DNA of 40,017 nucleotides from the NCBI GenBank assembly GCA_035466655.1, contig DATIUS010000077.1, forward strand, positions 1 to 40,017, written 5' to 3'. Shown here piece by piece: positions 1 to 8,243 of this stretch. Each line of letters begins with the position of its first letter. Position 1 is the stretch's first letter. A program made the translations under genes and the position numbers. This stretch comes from Candidatus Sulfomarinibacteraceae bacterium. Lineage in GTDB: Bacteria; Chloroflexota; Limnocylindria; Limnocylindrales; CSP1-4. Below the pieces are notes generated by a model. It was not told the DNA's origin. It was given only the letters and a program-made list of their open reading frames with translations, and made no database searches.

Positions 1-315
1 GATCCCGACCACGGCGCACTTCCAGGTCATCCACATCGCGAGGGCCTTGACCTCGTCGATCGAGACGTCCTGGTGGTAGCGGATGCCGCCCTTGGCCGGC
101 CCGCGGCCGAGGTTGTGCTGGACCCGGTAGCCGCTGAAGACACGGACCGACCCGTCGTCCATGTGGACCGGGAAGTGGACGGTCAGCTCACGGCGGGGTT
201 CGCGCAGCACGGCGCGCATCCCGGCATCGAGGTGAAGCCGCTCCGCGGCCAGGTCGAACTGCTGCTGCGCGACCGCCCAGGCGTTGATGGGAGCGGTCGC
301 GGGCTCGGTCGCCAT
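1..315 (-). CDS. gdhA: Glutamate dehydrogenase (Glu/Leu/Phe/Val dehydrogenase family), N-terminal 105 codons; 3' end outside window
   Basis: Edge-truncated minus-strand ORF absent from the supplied track. My translation from ATG 315..313 is MATEPATAPINAWAVAQQQFDLAAERLHLDAGMRAVLREPRRELTVHFPVHMDDGSVRVFSGYRVQHNLGRGPAKGGIRYHQDVSIDEVKALAMWMTWKCAVVGI. It contains the family signature GPAKGGIRYH. GGAGGAA lies about 10 nt upstream of the ATG. Confidence 0.85.
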   Translation of the reverse strand, partial: MATEPATAPINAWAVAQQQFDLAAERLHLDAGMRAVLREPRRELTVHFPVHMDDGSVRVFSGYRVQHNLGRGPAKGGIRYHQDVSIDEVKALAMWMTWKCAVVGI

Positions 316-556
316 CGGTGTGACGTTCCTCCGGATCGGGTCCGCTCGAGGGACCCGAAGCGCGGGCCGTCTCCCGGACGACCCCACGGGCGCGCCGCGG
401 CCACCCGAAGGCGGGACGCGTCACGCGTGAAACGGGGCGAGTATAGCCGGGCCGGCAGAGCGCCGACACCTGCCGGAATCCCGTTCGCAACCGTGCCGCA
501 ACCTTCGCCCCGGGGGCCGAACGGCCCCCCAGGCGGCGGCGGGGCGCCGGCAGGCC

Positions 557-1411
557 CTATTCGTGCCTGTACAGCGCGACGGCTCCGACGCAACCGGGCC
601 CAAGATGGGGCCCGATGGACGGTCCCACGAGGTCGATCGTCACGTTCGCCGGGTCGATCCCACCCGGCACCCGCGGCAGGATCTGATCGCGGAAGGCCTC
701 CACCTCGGCATTGGTCGTGTGGAGGATGCAGAGCCGCTCCATCGGACGGACGCAGAGCAGCTCGATGAGGCGCTCGCGGGCCTTGGCCCGGGTCCGGACC
801 TTGTCCACGGTCTCGACCTTGCCGTCCTTGACCTCGATGATCGGCTTGACCGACAGGAGCGTGCCGATCGCCGCGGAGGCGCCGCTGATCCGGCCGCCGC
901 GCTTCAGGTAGGTGATGGTGTCGAGCGCGAGCATGATCGCGACGTCGTTCCGCCGCTCCTCGAGGACCCGGGCGATCTCCCCGGCGCCGACGCCCAGGCG
1001 GGCCATGTCGACCGCCAGCTCGGCCAGCACCCCTTCGGCCATCGATGCGCCCATCGAGTCGACGATGTGGATCTCCCGGTCGGGGAGCATCCCCTTCGCG
1101 ACCTCGGCGCTCTTGATGGTGCCCGACAGCGTGCCCGCCACGTGGACCGAGACGATCGAGTCGGCACCGGCGGCAAAGGCCGCCTCGTAGGCAGCCAGGA
1201 AGTCGCCTGGCGAGCACGCCGCCGTCGTCGGGAACGGGGAGTCGGGCGCGGTCATCCGGCGCCAGAAGTCGTCGATCGAGAGATCAACGCCGGACCGGAA
1301 CGCCTCCTGCCCGAAGTTGACGAGCAGCGGGACGATGACGATCCCCAGCTCCGTTGCCCGAGTGAGCGCCATGTCCGATGCCGAATCGGTGACGATGGTG
1401 ACGTGGCTCAC
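557..1411 (-). CDS. DegV family (fatty-acid-binding) protein
   Basis: Track ORF 557..1513. The conserved part begins VSHVTIVTDSASD and includes AGTLSGT and TYLKRGGRISGA, typical of DegV. I place the start at GTG 1411 because GAGGAGGG lies about 4-5 nt upstream. The 34 codons further upstream are Arg/Pro-rich. Confidence 0.85.
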   Translation of the reverse strand: MSHVTIVTDSASDMALTRATELGIVIVPLLVNFGQEAFRSGVDLSIDDFWRRMTAPDSPFPTTAACSPGDFLAAYEAAFAAGADSIVSVHVAGTLSGTIKSAEVAKGMLPDREIHIVDSMGASMAEGVLAELAVDMARLGVGAGEIARVLEERRNDVAIMLALDTITYLKRGGRISGASAAIGTLLSVKPIIEVKDGKVETVDKVRTRAKARERLIELLCVRPMERLCILHTTNAEVEAFRDQILPRVPGGIDPANVTIDLVGPSIGPHLGPGCVGAVALYRHE

Positions 1412-1498
1412 GGATCCCTCCTCGGAGGCGTGGTGCCGCGCACGCCGGGCCGCCTCCTGTCCTCGCGTGGATGATACGGGCGCGGGTGGCCGGTCCGG

Positions 1499-1504
1499 TA
1501 CCCT
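1499..1504 (+). promoter_or_regulatory. Candidate -10 hexamer TACCCT, 8 nt before ATG 1513 (leaderless-type)
   Basis: A TAnnnT hexamer read directly. AT-rich hexamers are rare in this GC-rich DNA. No SD between the hexamer and the start. Confidence 0.4.
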
Positions 1505-1512
1505 CTCCGGCA

Positions 1513-2814
1513 ATGGATCGCTCGCTGTGGGCCGTGCTGATCGGCACGTTCACCCTTCGCTTCAGCACCGGCCTCACCGGGGCGATGCTCGCCTTCTACC
1601 TGGCCGAGCTCGCAAACGGCGGCCAGGCCGGGATCGACGCCAAGGTCGTCGGCATCTTCGCCGCTTCGTTCTACCTCGCCGAGCTGGCGCTCTCCCCGCT
1701 GTTCGGAATCCTGTCCGACCGGCTCGGCCATCACCGGGTGATGCTCTACGGCCCCGCGTTCGGCGCGATCGCCGTCGTGCTCACGGCGCTGACGACAAAC
1801 CTGTTCGTCCTCGGCGGGACCCGGCTGCTCGAGGGCGCCTCGACGGCGGCATCGGTGCCGTCGATCCTCGGCTACATCGCCCTCGCGACCGCCGGGAACG
1901 AGGCGCTCCGCGGCAAGGCGGCGGCACGTTTCGAGGGCGCCACGCTGGCCGGCCTCGGCGCCGGGTTCATCGTCGCCCCCAAGCTGTTCGAGTTCCTCGG
2001 TCCGAATGCCTTCTTCCTCAACGCGCTGTTCTACGGCGGGTCGTTCCTCATCTACCGGTTCGGCGTCGCCGAGCCCGCCGGCGAGCGAGCGGCACTGGCG
2101 GCCCGGCATACGAGCATCAGACGCTACCTGTCGCTGGTCGGTCACTCGCACGTGCTCCTGCTCGCGCCGACCTGGATCGCGGTGAACGCCTCGATCGGGC
2201 TGTGGTTCAGCCAGTCGCTCTTCCAGCTGGCCCGAGCGGACGAGCGCTTCCCCGACCAGTGGCTGCTCCAGGGGTTCTCGGCCAACGAGATCACGATCGG
2301 GGCGATCGGGATCGCGATCGTGTTCGGGACCGGAATCATCTGGTGGGGCGACCGCTTCGACCGCTTCCGGCGGACCACGATCATCCTGTTCGGCGTCCTC
2401 GGCGGGCTGGGCCTCGTGGCCGCCGGGCTGGTCGTGAATCACGGCGCATTCGGCGCGGATGCGTCGGCCTCGGGTGCCGTCATCGTGGGGGTCGCCGCGC
2501 TCGTCTTCGCCGCCGGACTGTTCGTCCTGGCGGGGGCGACCCCGGCAGCCGTCGGCCTGCTGGCCGACGTGAGCGAACGCTTCCCCGGCGACCGGGGCGC
2601 GATCATGGGGCTCTACTCGGTCTTCCTGGCCGTCGGGCAGATCGGCGGCAGCCTGATCGGGGGGATCGTCGCGGACCTGCGCGGGATGGACGGCCTCCTG
2701 CTCGCGACCGGGGCGCTGCTCGTGGTTGCGCTGGTCCCGCTGTCTAGACTCCGCGGCATGGAGCACCACCTGGGCCCGGGCCTGCCGTCCACGCTTGACG
2801 CCGACGCATCGTGA
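1513..2814 (+). CDS. MFS transporter
   Basis: Track ORF 1471..2814. About 12 hydrophobic segments, with an MFS-like loop LSPLFGILSDRLGHHR. ATG 1513 is preferred because TACCCT (1499..1504) lies 8 nt upstream, suggesting a leaderless start. ATG 1471 remains possible. Confidence 0.8.
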   Translation: MDRSLWAVLIGTFTLRFSTGLTGAMLAFYLAELANGGQAGIDAKVVGIFAASFYLAELALSPLFGILSDRLGHHRVMLYGPAFGAIAVVLTALTTNLFVLGGTRLLEGASTAASVPSILGYIALATAGNEALRGKAAARFEGATLAGLGAGFIVAPKLFEFLGPNAFFLNALFYGGSFLIYRFGVAEPAGERAALAARHTSIRRYLSLVGHSHVLLLAPTWIAVNASIGLWFSQSLFQLARADERFPDQWLLQGFSANEITIGAIGIAIVFGTGIIWWGDRFDRFRRTTIILFGVLGGLGLVAAGLVVNHGAFGADASASGAVIVGVAALVFAAGLFVLAGATPAAVGLLADVSERFPGDRGAIMGLYSVFLAVGQIGGSLIGGIVADLRGMDGLLLATGALLVVALVPLSRLRGMEHHLGPGLPSTLDADAS

Positions 2815-2821
2815 GCGAGCC

Positions 2822-4513
2822 GTGACCGACGCCGGCGCCGCCCCGCACGTCCCCGTCCCCCTCGCCCGCGGCCGGCACGGCGCGGTCGTCGCGCCGCATC
2901 ACCTCGCCACGGAGGCCGGCCTGTCCGTCCTCCGCGCCGGCGGCCACGCGGTCGACGCCGCGGTCGCGACGAACGCAGTCCTCGCGACCGTCATGCCGAG
3001 TGCCTGCGGCATCGGCGGCGACGCCTTCTGGCTGATCTGGGACGCGGCGACCCACCGCCAGCTCGCCCTCAACGGGTCCGGGCGAGCCCCGGCGGCCGTG
3101 GACGCCGCCGGCCTTCGCGCGCGGGGCCTGGCCACCCTGCCCCTCCGTGGCCCGCTCACGGTCACGATCCCGGGCGCGGTCCGTTCCTGGGGCGACGCAC
3201 ATGCCCGGTTCGGACGCCTGTCGCGGGACGCGGTCCTGGGGCCGGCGATCGAGCTGGCACGGGGCGGCTTCCCGGCCTGGGACGGGTTCATCGCCGCCGT
3301 CGAGGACGCGCTGCCGATCGTCGTCGGAGCCCTCGGGTCGGGGTCGCCGTTCGCCGGGCACTTCCGGCCCGGCGGCCGGCCGTGGCGGCCCGGTGAGCTC
3401 GTTCGCCTGCCGGCGCTCGGGGCGACCCTCGAGCACCTGGCGACCGAGGGGTTCGACGCCTTCTACGACGGCAGCCTCGGCGAGCGACAGGCCCGCTTCC
3501 TGGCGCGCTCCGGCGGGTTCCATGCTCCGGCCGACTTCCGCGAGCACGCCTCGACCTGGACAGAGCCGATCTCGACGACCTACCGCGGCGTCCGGGTCAC
3601 GACGCACCCGCCGAACTCCTCGGGGATCGTCGCCCTCGAGCTCCTCAACATCCTCGAGGCCGTCGGGGCGCCCGCGGACGGGGCATTCGGAGCGGACGCC
3701 GACGGGCACGGCCGCGCCGTGTCGGACGCCCCCTGGATCCACCGGGCGATCGAGGCCGCCAAGCTCGTCATGGCCGACCGGGACGCCCACCTCACCGACC
3801 CCGACTTCCACGAGATCCCGGTCTCGCGGCTGCTCGACAAGGGCTACGCCGCGGATCTCGCGGCGCGGATCGATCCGCATCGTGCCTCGGTCCCGGGCCC
3901 GGCCGCCAACCCGCCCGGCGGCGGGACGATCTACCTCGCGGTCGTCGACGCCGAGGGCAACGCGGTCAGCCTCATCGAGTCGAACTACCTGGGCTTCGGG
4001 AGCGGGGTGGTCGACCCGGAGACCGGGATCCACTACCAGAACCGCGGGTCGTACTTCTCGCTGGAGCCCGGCCATCCGAACGTCCTCGCGCCGCGGAAGC
4101 GGACGCTCCACACGCTCCTGCCCGGGATGCTTTTCCGCGAACCAGACCGGCCGTGGGTCGTCGCCGGGTCGATGGGCGGCGACGCGCAGCCCCAGGTTCA
4201 CGCCCAGCTGGTCGGCGACCTCGTGGACGGCGGGCTCGATGTGCGGTCCGCCGTCGCCGCCCCCCGCTGGTACGTGGAGCCGGAGCGGCATTTCGCCCCG
4301 CCGACGGTCGTTCGCGTGGAGCCGCGGTTCCCGTCCGGCCTGCTCGAGGCGCTCGCGGCGATGGGTCACGACGTCCGGTCGACGGCACCGTTCGACGGCG
4401 CGCTCGGGCACGAGCATGCGATCGAGCTCGTTGACGGCGGACCGTCAATGGACGGCGGGTCGGTGGCCGCCGCGACCGACCCACGCAGCGCCGGGCTCCC
4501 GGCCGTCTGGTGA
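2822..4513 (+). CDS. ggt: Gamma-glutamyltransferase family protein (Ntn hydrolase)
   Basis: Track ORF 2726..4513. Motifs: HHLATEAGLSVLRAGGHAVDAAVA, CGIGGDAFWLIW, PPGGGTIYLAVVD (autoprocessing Thr context), LHTLLPGM and GSMGGDAQPQ. GTG 2822 is in frame and 8 nt after the upstream stop. No obvious signal peptide. Confidence 0.85.
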   Translation: MTDAGAAPHVPVPLARGRHGAVVAPHHLATEAGLSVLRAGGHAVDAAVATNAVLATVMPSACGIGGDAFWLIWDAATHRQLALNGSGRAPAAVDAAGLRARGLATLPLRGPLTVTIPGAVRSWGDAHARFGRLSRDAVLGPAIELARGGFPAWDGFIAAVEDALPIVVGALGSGSPFAGHFRPGGRPWRPGELVRLPALGATLEHLATEGFDAFYDGSLGERQARFLARSGGFHAPADFREHASTWTEPISTTYRGVRVTTHPPNSSGIVALELLNILEAVGAPADGAFGADADGHGRAVSDAPWIHRAIEAAKLVMADRDAHLTDPDFHEIPVSRLLDKGYAADLAARIDPHRASVPGPAANPPGGGTIYLAVVDAEGNAVSLIESNYLGFGSGVVDPETGIHYQNRGSYFSLEPGHPNVLAPRKRTLHTLLPGMLFREPDRPWVVAGSMGGDAQPQVHAQLVGDLVDGGLDVRSAVAAPRWYVEPERHFAPPTVVRVEPRFPSGLLEALAAMGHDVRSTAPFDGALGHEHAIELVDGGPSMDGGSVAAATDPRSAGLPAVW

Positions 4514-4649
4514 CGGCGTTGCCCGGGGACCGCGCAACGGGGTTGCGTCCGGGCCTGGACCTGCGATACTCCCCGACGCCGGTGGCGCGGTTGCGCTCAC
4601 AGGACCGCCGCCGCCGGCCCTCCCACCCCCGCCTGCCCCGGAGAGCACG

Positions 4650-4922
4650 GTGACCTCGAACGTCGGCCAGAGCTACCCCTACACGAGCGAGCCTGAGCCC
4701 GAGCGCGCCCGGCGGATCGCAGCGCTGGTGGCGGCCCGCGACGGCCTCGCCGCGAGGCTGGGGTCGGAGACGACGCCGCTCGACGACCGCGATCGGTGGT
4801 GGGTCTGGAAGTGCCCGACGACCGGTTGCCCAGGCCTTCTCCACGCGGCCGGTTACGCCCGGGACCTGCACGCCCTCGTCGTCGTCTGCGACGGGACGTG
4901 CGCGAAGACGTTCCTGCGGTGA
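4650..4922 (+). CDS. Small Cys-rich hypothetical protein (possible zinc ribbon, 90 aa)
   Basis: This is the last 90 codons of track ORF 3147..4922, starting at GTG 4650 with GGAGAG 5 nt upstream. Third codon positions are strongly G/C, as in neighbouring genes. Contains CPTTGCP...CDGTC. Its TGA overlaps the GTG of azlC (GTGA). Confidence 0.5.
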   Translation: MTSNVGQSYPYTSEPEPERARRIAALVAARDGLAARLGSETTPLDDRDRWWVWKCPTTGCPGLLHAAGYARDLHALVVVCDGTCAKTFLR

Positions 4923-5764
4923 CGCCGGCCCCGGGACCGGCCGGGGCAGCATCGGGCGCCCGGCGGCCGGCGACGGCAGGCGAGATCCGGGCGTCGCGCC
5001 GGCGGGTCGTCGTGGATGGGCTGGGGATCATTGCGACCGCCGCCGGATTCGGCCTGGTCTACGGGCTCGCGGCGCGAGCGGCCGGGTTCTCCCCGCTCGA
5101 TGCGAGCGCGATGAGCGTCATCGTCTTCGCCGGCGCCGCCCAGTTCGCGGCGGTGGGCTACGTCCTGGGCGGCTTCTCGTGGTTCGGCGTGGTCCTCCTG
5201 ACCGCGTTCCTCAACGCGCGCCATCTCCTCTACGGGGCGGCGCTCGCGCCGTACCTCGCCGACCGGCCGCGCCCGGTCAGGGCCGTGATGGCGCACGTCC
5301 TGACCGACGAGGCGTTCGCGCTGTCGATCGCCCACTTCCGGCGGATCGGGCGGGCGGACCCGTGGGGCTACTGGTGGGCGGCCATCGTGACGACGTTCAT
5401 CCCGTGGAACGTGGCGACCTTCGTGGGCGTCGCCATCGGCGGCGAGATCCCCGACCCGCGCCGGTACGGCCTCGACGTCGTCTTCCCGGCCGCGATGGCC
5501 GGACTCGCGGTCGGGCTCATCTCCGGAAGGCGCGAGCTCGTCGCCGCCCTCGTCGGCTCGGCGATCGGCGTCGGCGTGGGCCTCGCCTGGGATCCCGCGG
5601 CCGGGATCCTTGCCGGCGGGCTGCTCGGACCCGCGGTCGGGCTCACGACGCCGTCCGGGCCGGGTGACCAGCGGCACGAGGCGGTCATCGTGTTCTCGCC
5701 GTCCATGGACGATCCGTCCGGATCCGGCCGGGAGCGTGCGTCCGACGGGAGCGACGAGGCGTGA
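4919..5764 (+). CDS. azlC: AzlC family branched-chain amino acid permease subunit
   Basis: Track ORF 4796..5764. Contains GFGLVYGLAARAAGFSPLDASAMSVIVFAGAAQFAAV, typical of AzlC, and is multi-pass hydrophobic. GTG 4919 is chosen because of the GTGA overlap with the upstream stop. Confidence 0.8.
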   Translation: MTPAPGPAGAASGARRPATAGEIRASRRRVVVDGLGIIATAAGFGLVYGLAARAAGFSPLDASAMSVIVFAGAAQFAAVGYVLGGFSWFGVVLLTAFLNARHLLYGAALAPYLADRPRPVRAVMAHVLTDEAFALSIAHFRRIGRADPWGYWWAAIVTTFIPWNVATFVGVAIGGEIPDPRRYGLDVVFPAAMAGLAVGLISGRRELVAALVGSAIGVGVGLAWDPAAGILAGGLLGPAVGLTTPSGPGDQRHEAVIVFSPSMDDPSGSGRERASDGSDEA

Positions 5765-6093
5765 CGACCGACCTCGTCTGGCTCGCCGTCCTGATGGGCG
5801 CGGTCACCTACCCATCGCGCGCCCTCCCGCTCCTCGCCCCCGGCATGCATCGGCTGCCTATCCGGGTGCAGGAGTACCTCCGCCTCGTGGGCCCAGCCGT
5901 CCTCGCGACGCTCGCCGCGGTCAACGTCATGGTCGCCCTGGACCCCGAGCGCCACCCGTCGTTCCACATCGGCATCGAGTGGCTGGCCGTCGGGGCGTGT
6001 GTCGTGCTGGTCGCCGCCCGGCGCGGGCTCCTGGTCGGGCTGGTTGCCGCCGCCGCCCTCGCCGCCCTCGCGCGAGCCTCCGGGGCCGCATGA
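5761..6093 (+). CDS. azlD: AzlD family branched-chain amino acid transport protein
   Basis: A 110-aa hydrophobic protein (MTTDLVWLAVLMGAVTYPSRALPLL...). Its GTG overlaps the azlC stop (GTGA), the canonical azlCD arrangement. Confidence 0.75.
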   Translation: MTTDLVWLAVLMGAVTYPSRALPLLAPGMHRLPIRVQEYLRLVGPAVLATLAAVNVMVALDPERHPSFHIGIEWLAVGACVVLVAARRGLLVGLVAAAALAALARASGAA

Positions 6094-6854
6094 GTATGAT
6101 CTCGCGCATGCTGCGTTCCCCCCTCCATGCAGACCTCGTCGAAATGCTCGAGGCGACTCGGGCCACAGAGCACGACCTCTTCGGTGCGCTGCCGCCGGAG
6201 CGTCGTGAGATCCCCGGTGCCGACGGCGGCTGGTCGGCGAAGGATGTGTGGGCCCACCTCGCGGCGTGGCGATCGATCGAGGCACGCCGGCTCGAGGCAG
6301 CCCTGCGAGCTGAGGGCGCCGCTCCGGGCGCACCGTCGGGCGACGATCCCGCGCCGAGCGATCCGATCGATGCGTCGAATGCCCGGCTGCAGGCCATGCA
6401 TGCCGACTGGTCGTGGGAGGCGGTCGGACGCGAGGCGGACGCAAGCGTGGATGCCCTCATCGACGCCATTCGGCGCAGCTCCCGCGAGATGCTGTGCGAA
6501 TGTGATGGGATCGTGGCAGGCCTCGGGTCGAATGGGGTGAACCACGCGATCGGCCACCTGCCCGAGATCGCCACGCAGGCGGGCAAGCTCCGGCGGGTTG
6601 ACCGGCTGGCCGCGGAGACCGAAGCGATCCTGCAACGGGACCACCTGCCGGCGCGCGACACCGGGGTGATCCTGTACAACCTCGCCTGCCATTACGCCCT
6701 CGCTGGCAAGCTCGACGAGGCGCGACGCCTCCTTCGCGATGCCTTCGGGCGGCGGCCGGACCTCATCGAGTCGGCGCCCCAGGACCCCGACCTGGTCGCC
6801 CTGGGCGATGAACTCGTGAGCCTGGCCGAACCGGACCGGCGCGACCCCGCCTGA
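6090..6854 (+). CDS. DinB/ClbS-like four-helix-bundle domain protein with TPR-like C-terminal motif
   Basis: This is the 3' part of track ORF 5610..6854, from ATG 6090, which overlaps the azlD stop (ATGA). The N-terminal region WSAKDVWAHLAAWRSIEARRLEAAL resembles DinB/ClbS-type bundles. The C-terminus ILYNLACHYALAGKLDEARRLLRDAF...DPDL is a TPR-like motif. The 160 codons upstream overlap azlC/azlD and are Arg/Pro-rich. Confidence 0.6.
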   Translation: MSMISRMLRSPLHADLVEMLEATRATEHDLFGALPPERREIPGADGGWSAKDVWAHLAAWRSIEARRLEAALRAEGAAPGAPSGDDPAPSDPIDASNARLQAMHADWSWEAVGREADASVDALIDAIRRSSREMLCECDGIVAGLGSNGVNHAIGHLPEIATQAGKLRRVDRLAAETEAILQRDHLPARDTGVILYNLACHYALAGKLDEARRLLRDAFGRRPDLIESAPQDPDLVALGDELVSLAEPDRRDPA

Positions 6855-6930
6855 GTGCGCGGAGCGACCGTCCCGCCCAACACGCCCGCGTCGTCCGTCC
6901 CCGAGCTGATCCGCCAGGGGCTCAGGGGGG

Positions 6931-8175
6931 TCAGCGAGCCCGCCAGCCGGCGACCACGGGATCGCGGCCGGTCGCGAGGAGCAGGGCCGCGAGGAGCGTC
7001 GTCCGCGGGACGATCGAGCTCACCTCGAGGTACTCGTCCGGCGAATGGTCCCGCCCGCCGATCGGTCCGAGGCCGTCGATCGAGGGGACGCCCATGCCCG
7101 ACGTCGTGTTGGCATCCGACGCGCCGCCCGTGACCACATCCTTCGTCGTGAATCCGAGTCGCGACGCGAGCGCGATGACGTGATCGGCGAGGCGCCCGGA
7201 GCGCTCGAGCTTCTCCATCGGCCGCCAGCCGGCCATGTGGTCGATCTCGACCGTGACATCGGGCACCTCGGGATCCGCCGCCAACTGGCGGACAGCCGCC
7301 ACGGCGGCATCGAGCTCGGCGCCGGTCACGCCGCGGACATCGACCTCGAGATGTGCCAGGTCAGGCACGACGTTCGGGCGGGTGCCCGACTGGAAGACCC
7401 CGACGTTCGCCGTCACCCCGGACCAGCGGCCGTTGAGGGCCTGGATCGCCTCGACCAGCCGGGCCCCGGCGAGGATCGCGTTGCGTCCCTTCTCCGGTTC
7501 CACGCCGGCGTGCGCCGCGCGGCCGTGGATCGTCAGGCGGATGTCGGCGATCCCCTTCCGGGCCGACACGAAATCGCCGTTCGCCCGGGCGCATTCGAGG
7601 ACGAAGCAGGCGTCCGACGCGGCCGCGATCTCGCGGATATGGGGCGTGGAGCTGGGCGACCCGATCTCCTCGTCCGGGTTGGCGATGTAGGTGATCCGCT
7701 CGAACGGCAGCCCCTCCCACGACCCAGCGCCGAGCTCGCGCAGGGCGGCAAGCGCGTGGACCCCGGCCAGGAGGCCGCCCTTCATGTCGGTCACGCCCGC
7801 GCCCATGGCGATCCCGGACTCGATCCGGAACGGCCGCTCGGCCGCGGTCCCGTCGGGGAAGACCGTGTCCATGTGGCCGATGAGGAGGAGCCGCGGGCCG
7901 GCGCCCACGCGCCCCTGGAACGTGCCGATGACGGTGTCGCCGTAACGGGCGGTCGAGTCCGGCCGGCGCTCCACCTCCCCGCCCAGGTCTGCAAACGCCG
8001 CCGCGACCCAGTCGGCGACCTCGTTCACGCCGGCCGGGGAGTAACTGCCGCAGTCGATGTTGCAGAGCCGCTCGAGCTCGGCGAGGAAGCGGGGGCGGGC
8101 AGCGGACACGACCGCGTCGAGCCGGAGCAGATCGTCCTGGGAAGCGCCGGCCCCGGGTCCGGAAGGGTCGTTCAC
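6931..8175 (-). CDS. M20 family metallopeptidase (carboxypeptidase G2-like)
   Basis: Track ORF 6931..8214. M20 motifs: LLLIGHMDTVF, GVTDMKGG and NPDEEIGSPSS. GTG 8175 is preferred because TACACT (8182..8187, minus) lies exactly 6 nt upstream. Confidence 0.85.
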   Translation of the reverse strand: MNDPSGPGAGASQDDLLRLDAVVSAARPRFLAELERLCNIDCGSYSPAGVNEVADWVAAAFADLGGEVERRPDSTARYGDTVIGTFQGRVGAGPRLLLIGHMDTVFPDGTAAERPFRIESGIAMGAGVTDMKGGLLAGVHALAALRELGAGSWEGLPFERITYIANPDEEIGSPSSTPHIREIAAASDACFVLECARANGDFVSARKGIADIRLTIHGRAAHAGVEPEKGRNAILAGARLVEAIQALNGRWSGVTANVGVFQSGTRPNVVPDLAHLEVDVRGVTGAELDAAVAAVRQLAADPEVPDVTVEIDHMAGWRPMEKLERSGRLADHVIALASRLGFTTKDVVTGGASDANTTSGMGVPSIDGLGPIGGRDHSPDEYLEVSSIVPRTTLLAALLLATGRDPVVAGWRAR

Positions 8176-8181
8176 CCGGCG

Positions 8182-8187
8182 AGTGTA
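8182..8187 (-). promoter_or_regulatory. Candidate -10 hexamer TACACT, 6 nt before GTG 8175 (M20 peptidase; leaderless-type)
   Basis: Reverse complement of agtgta at 8182..8187; the spacer is 8176..8181. Confidence 0.5.
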
Positions 8188-8228
8188 GGTCGTCGCGGAC
8201 CAGCCGGTCCGCAACGATCGGCCGTTGT

Positions 8229-8234
8229 TATCCT
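8229..8234 (+). promoter_or_regulatory. Candidate -10 hexamer TATCCT, 9 nt before GTG 8244 (cphA-like gene)
   Basis: Read directly. Lies in the 68-bp divergent region shared with the M20 peptidase gene. Confidence 0.4.
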
Positions 8235-8243
8235 CCCGGGATC

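Noticed and set aside
5610-6089. N-terminal 160 codons of ORF 5610..6854, and likewise 21477..21989 of ORF 21477..22757.
   Set aside because: These stretches overlap azlC/azlD, or lie in the lhr/doxX intergenic region. Their composition is Arg/Pro-rich. Better-supported internal starts exist: an ATGA overlap at 6090, and a purine-rich SD-like GAAGGGAAG-led ATG at 21990.
6899-6928. Imperfect hairpin (CCCCGAGC ... GCTC-A-GGGG) between the convergent ClbS-like and M20 genes, considered as a terminator. Similar weak stems lie at 10230..10257, 14107..14154 and 32078..32132.
   Set aside because: The stems are short or bulged, the loops are long and there is no U-tract. They cannot be told apart from chance complementarity in GC-rich DNA.
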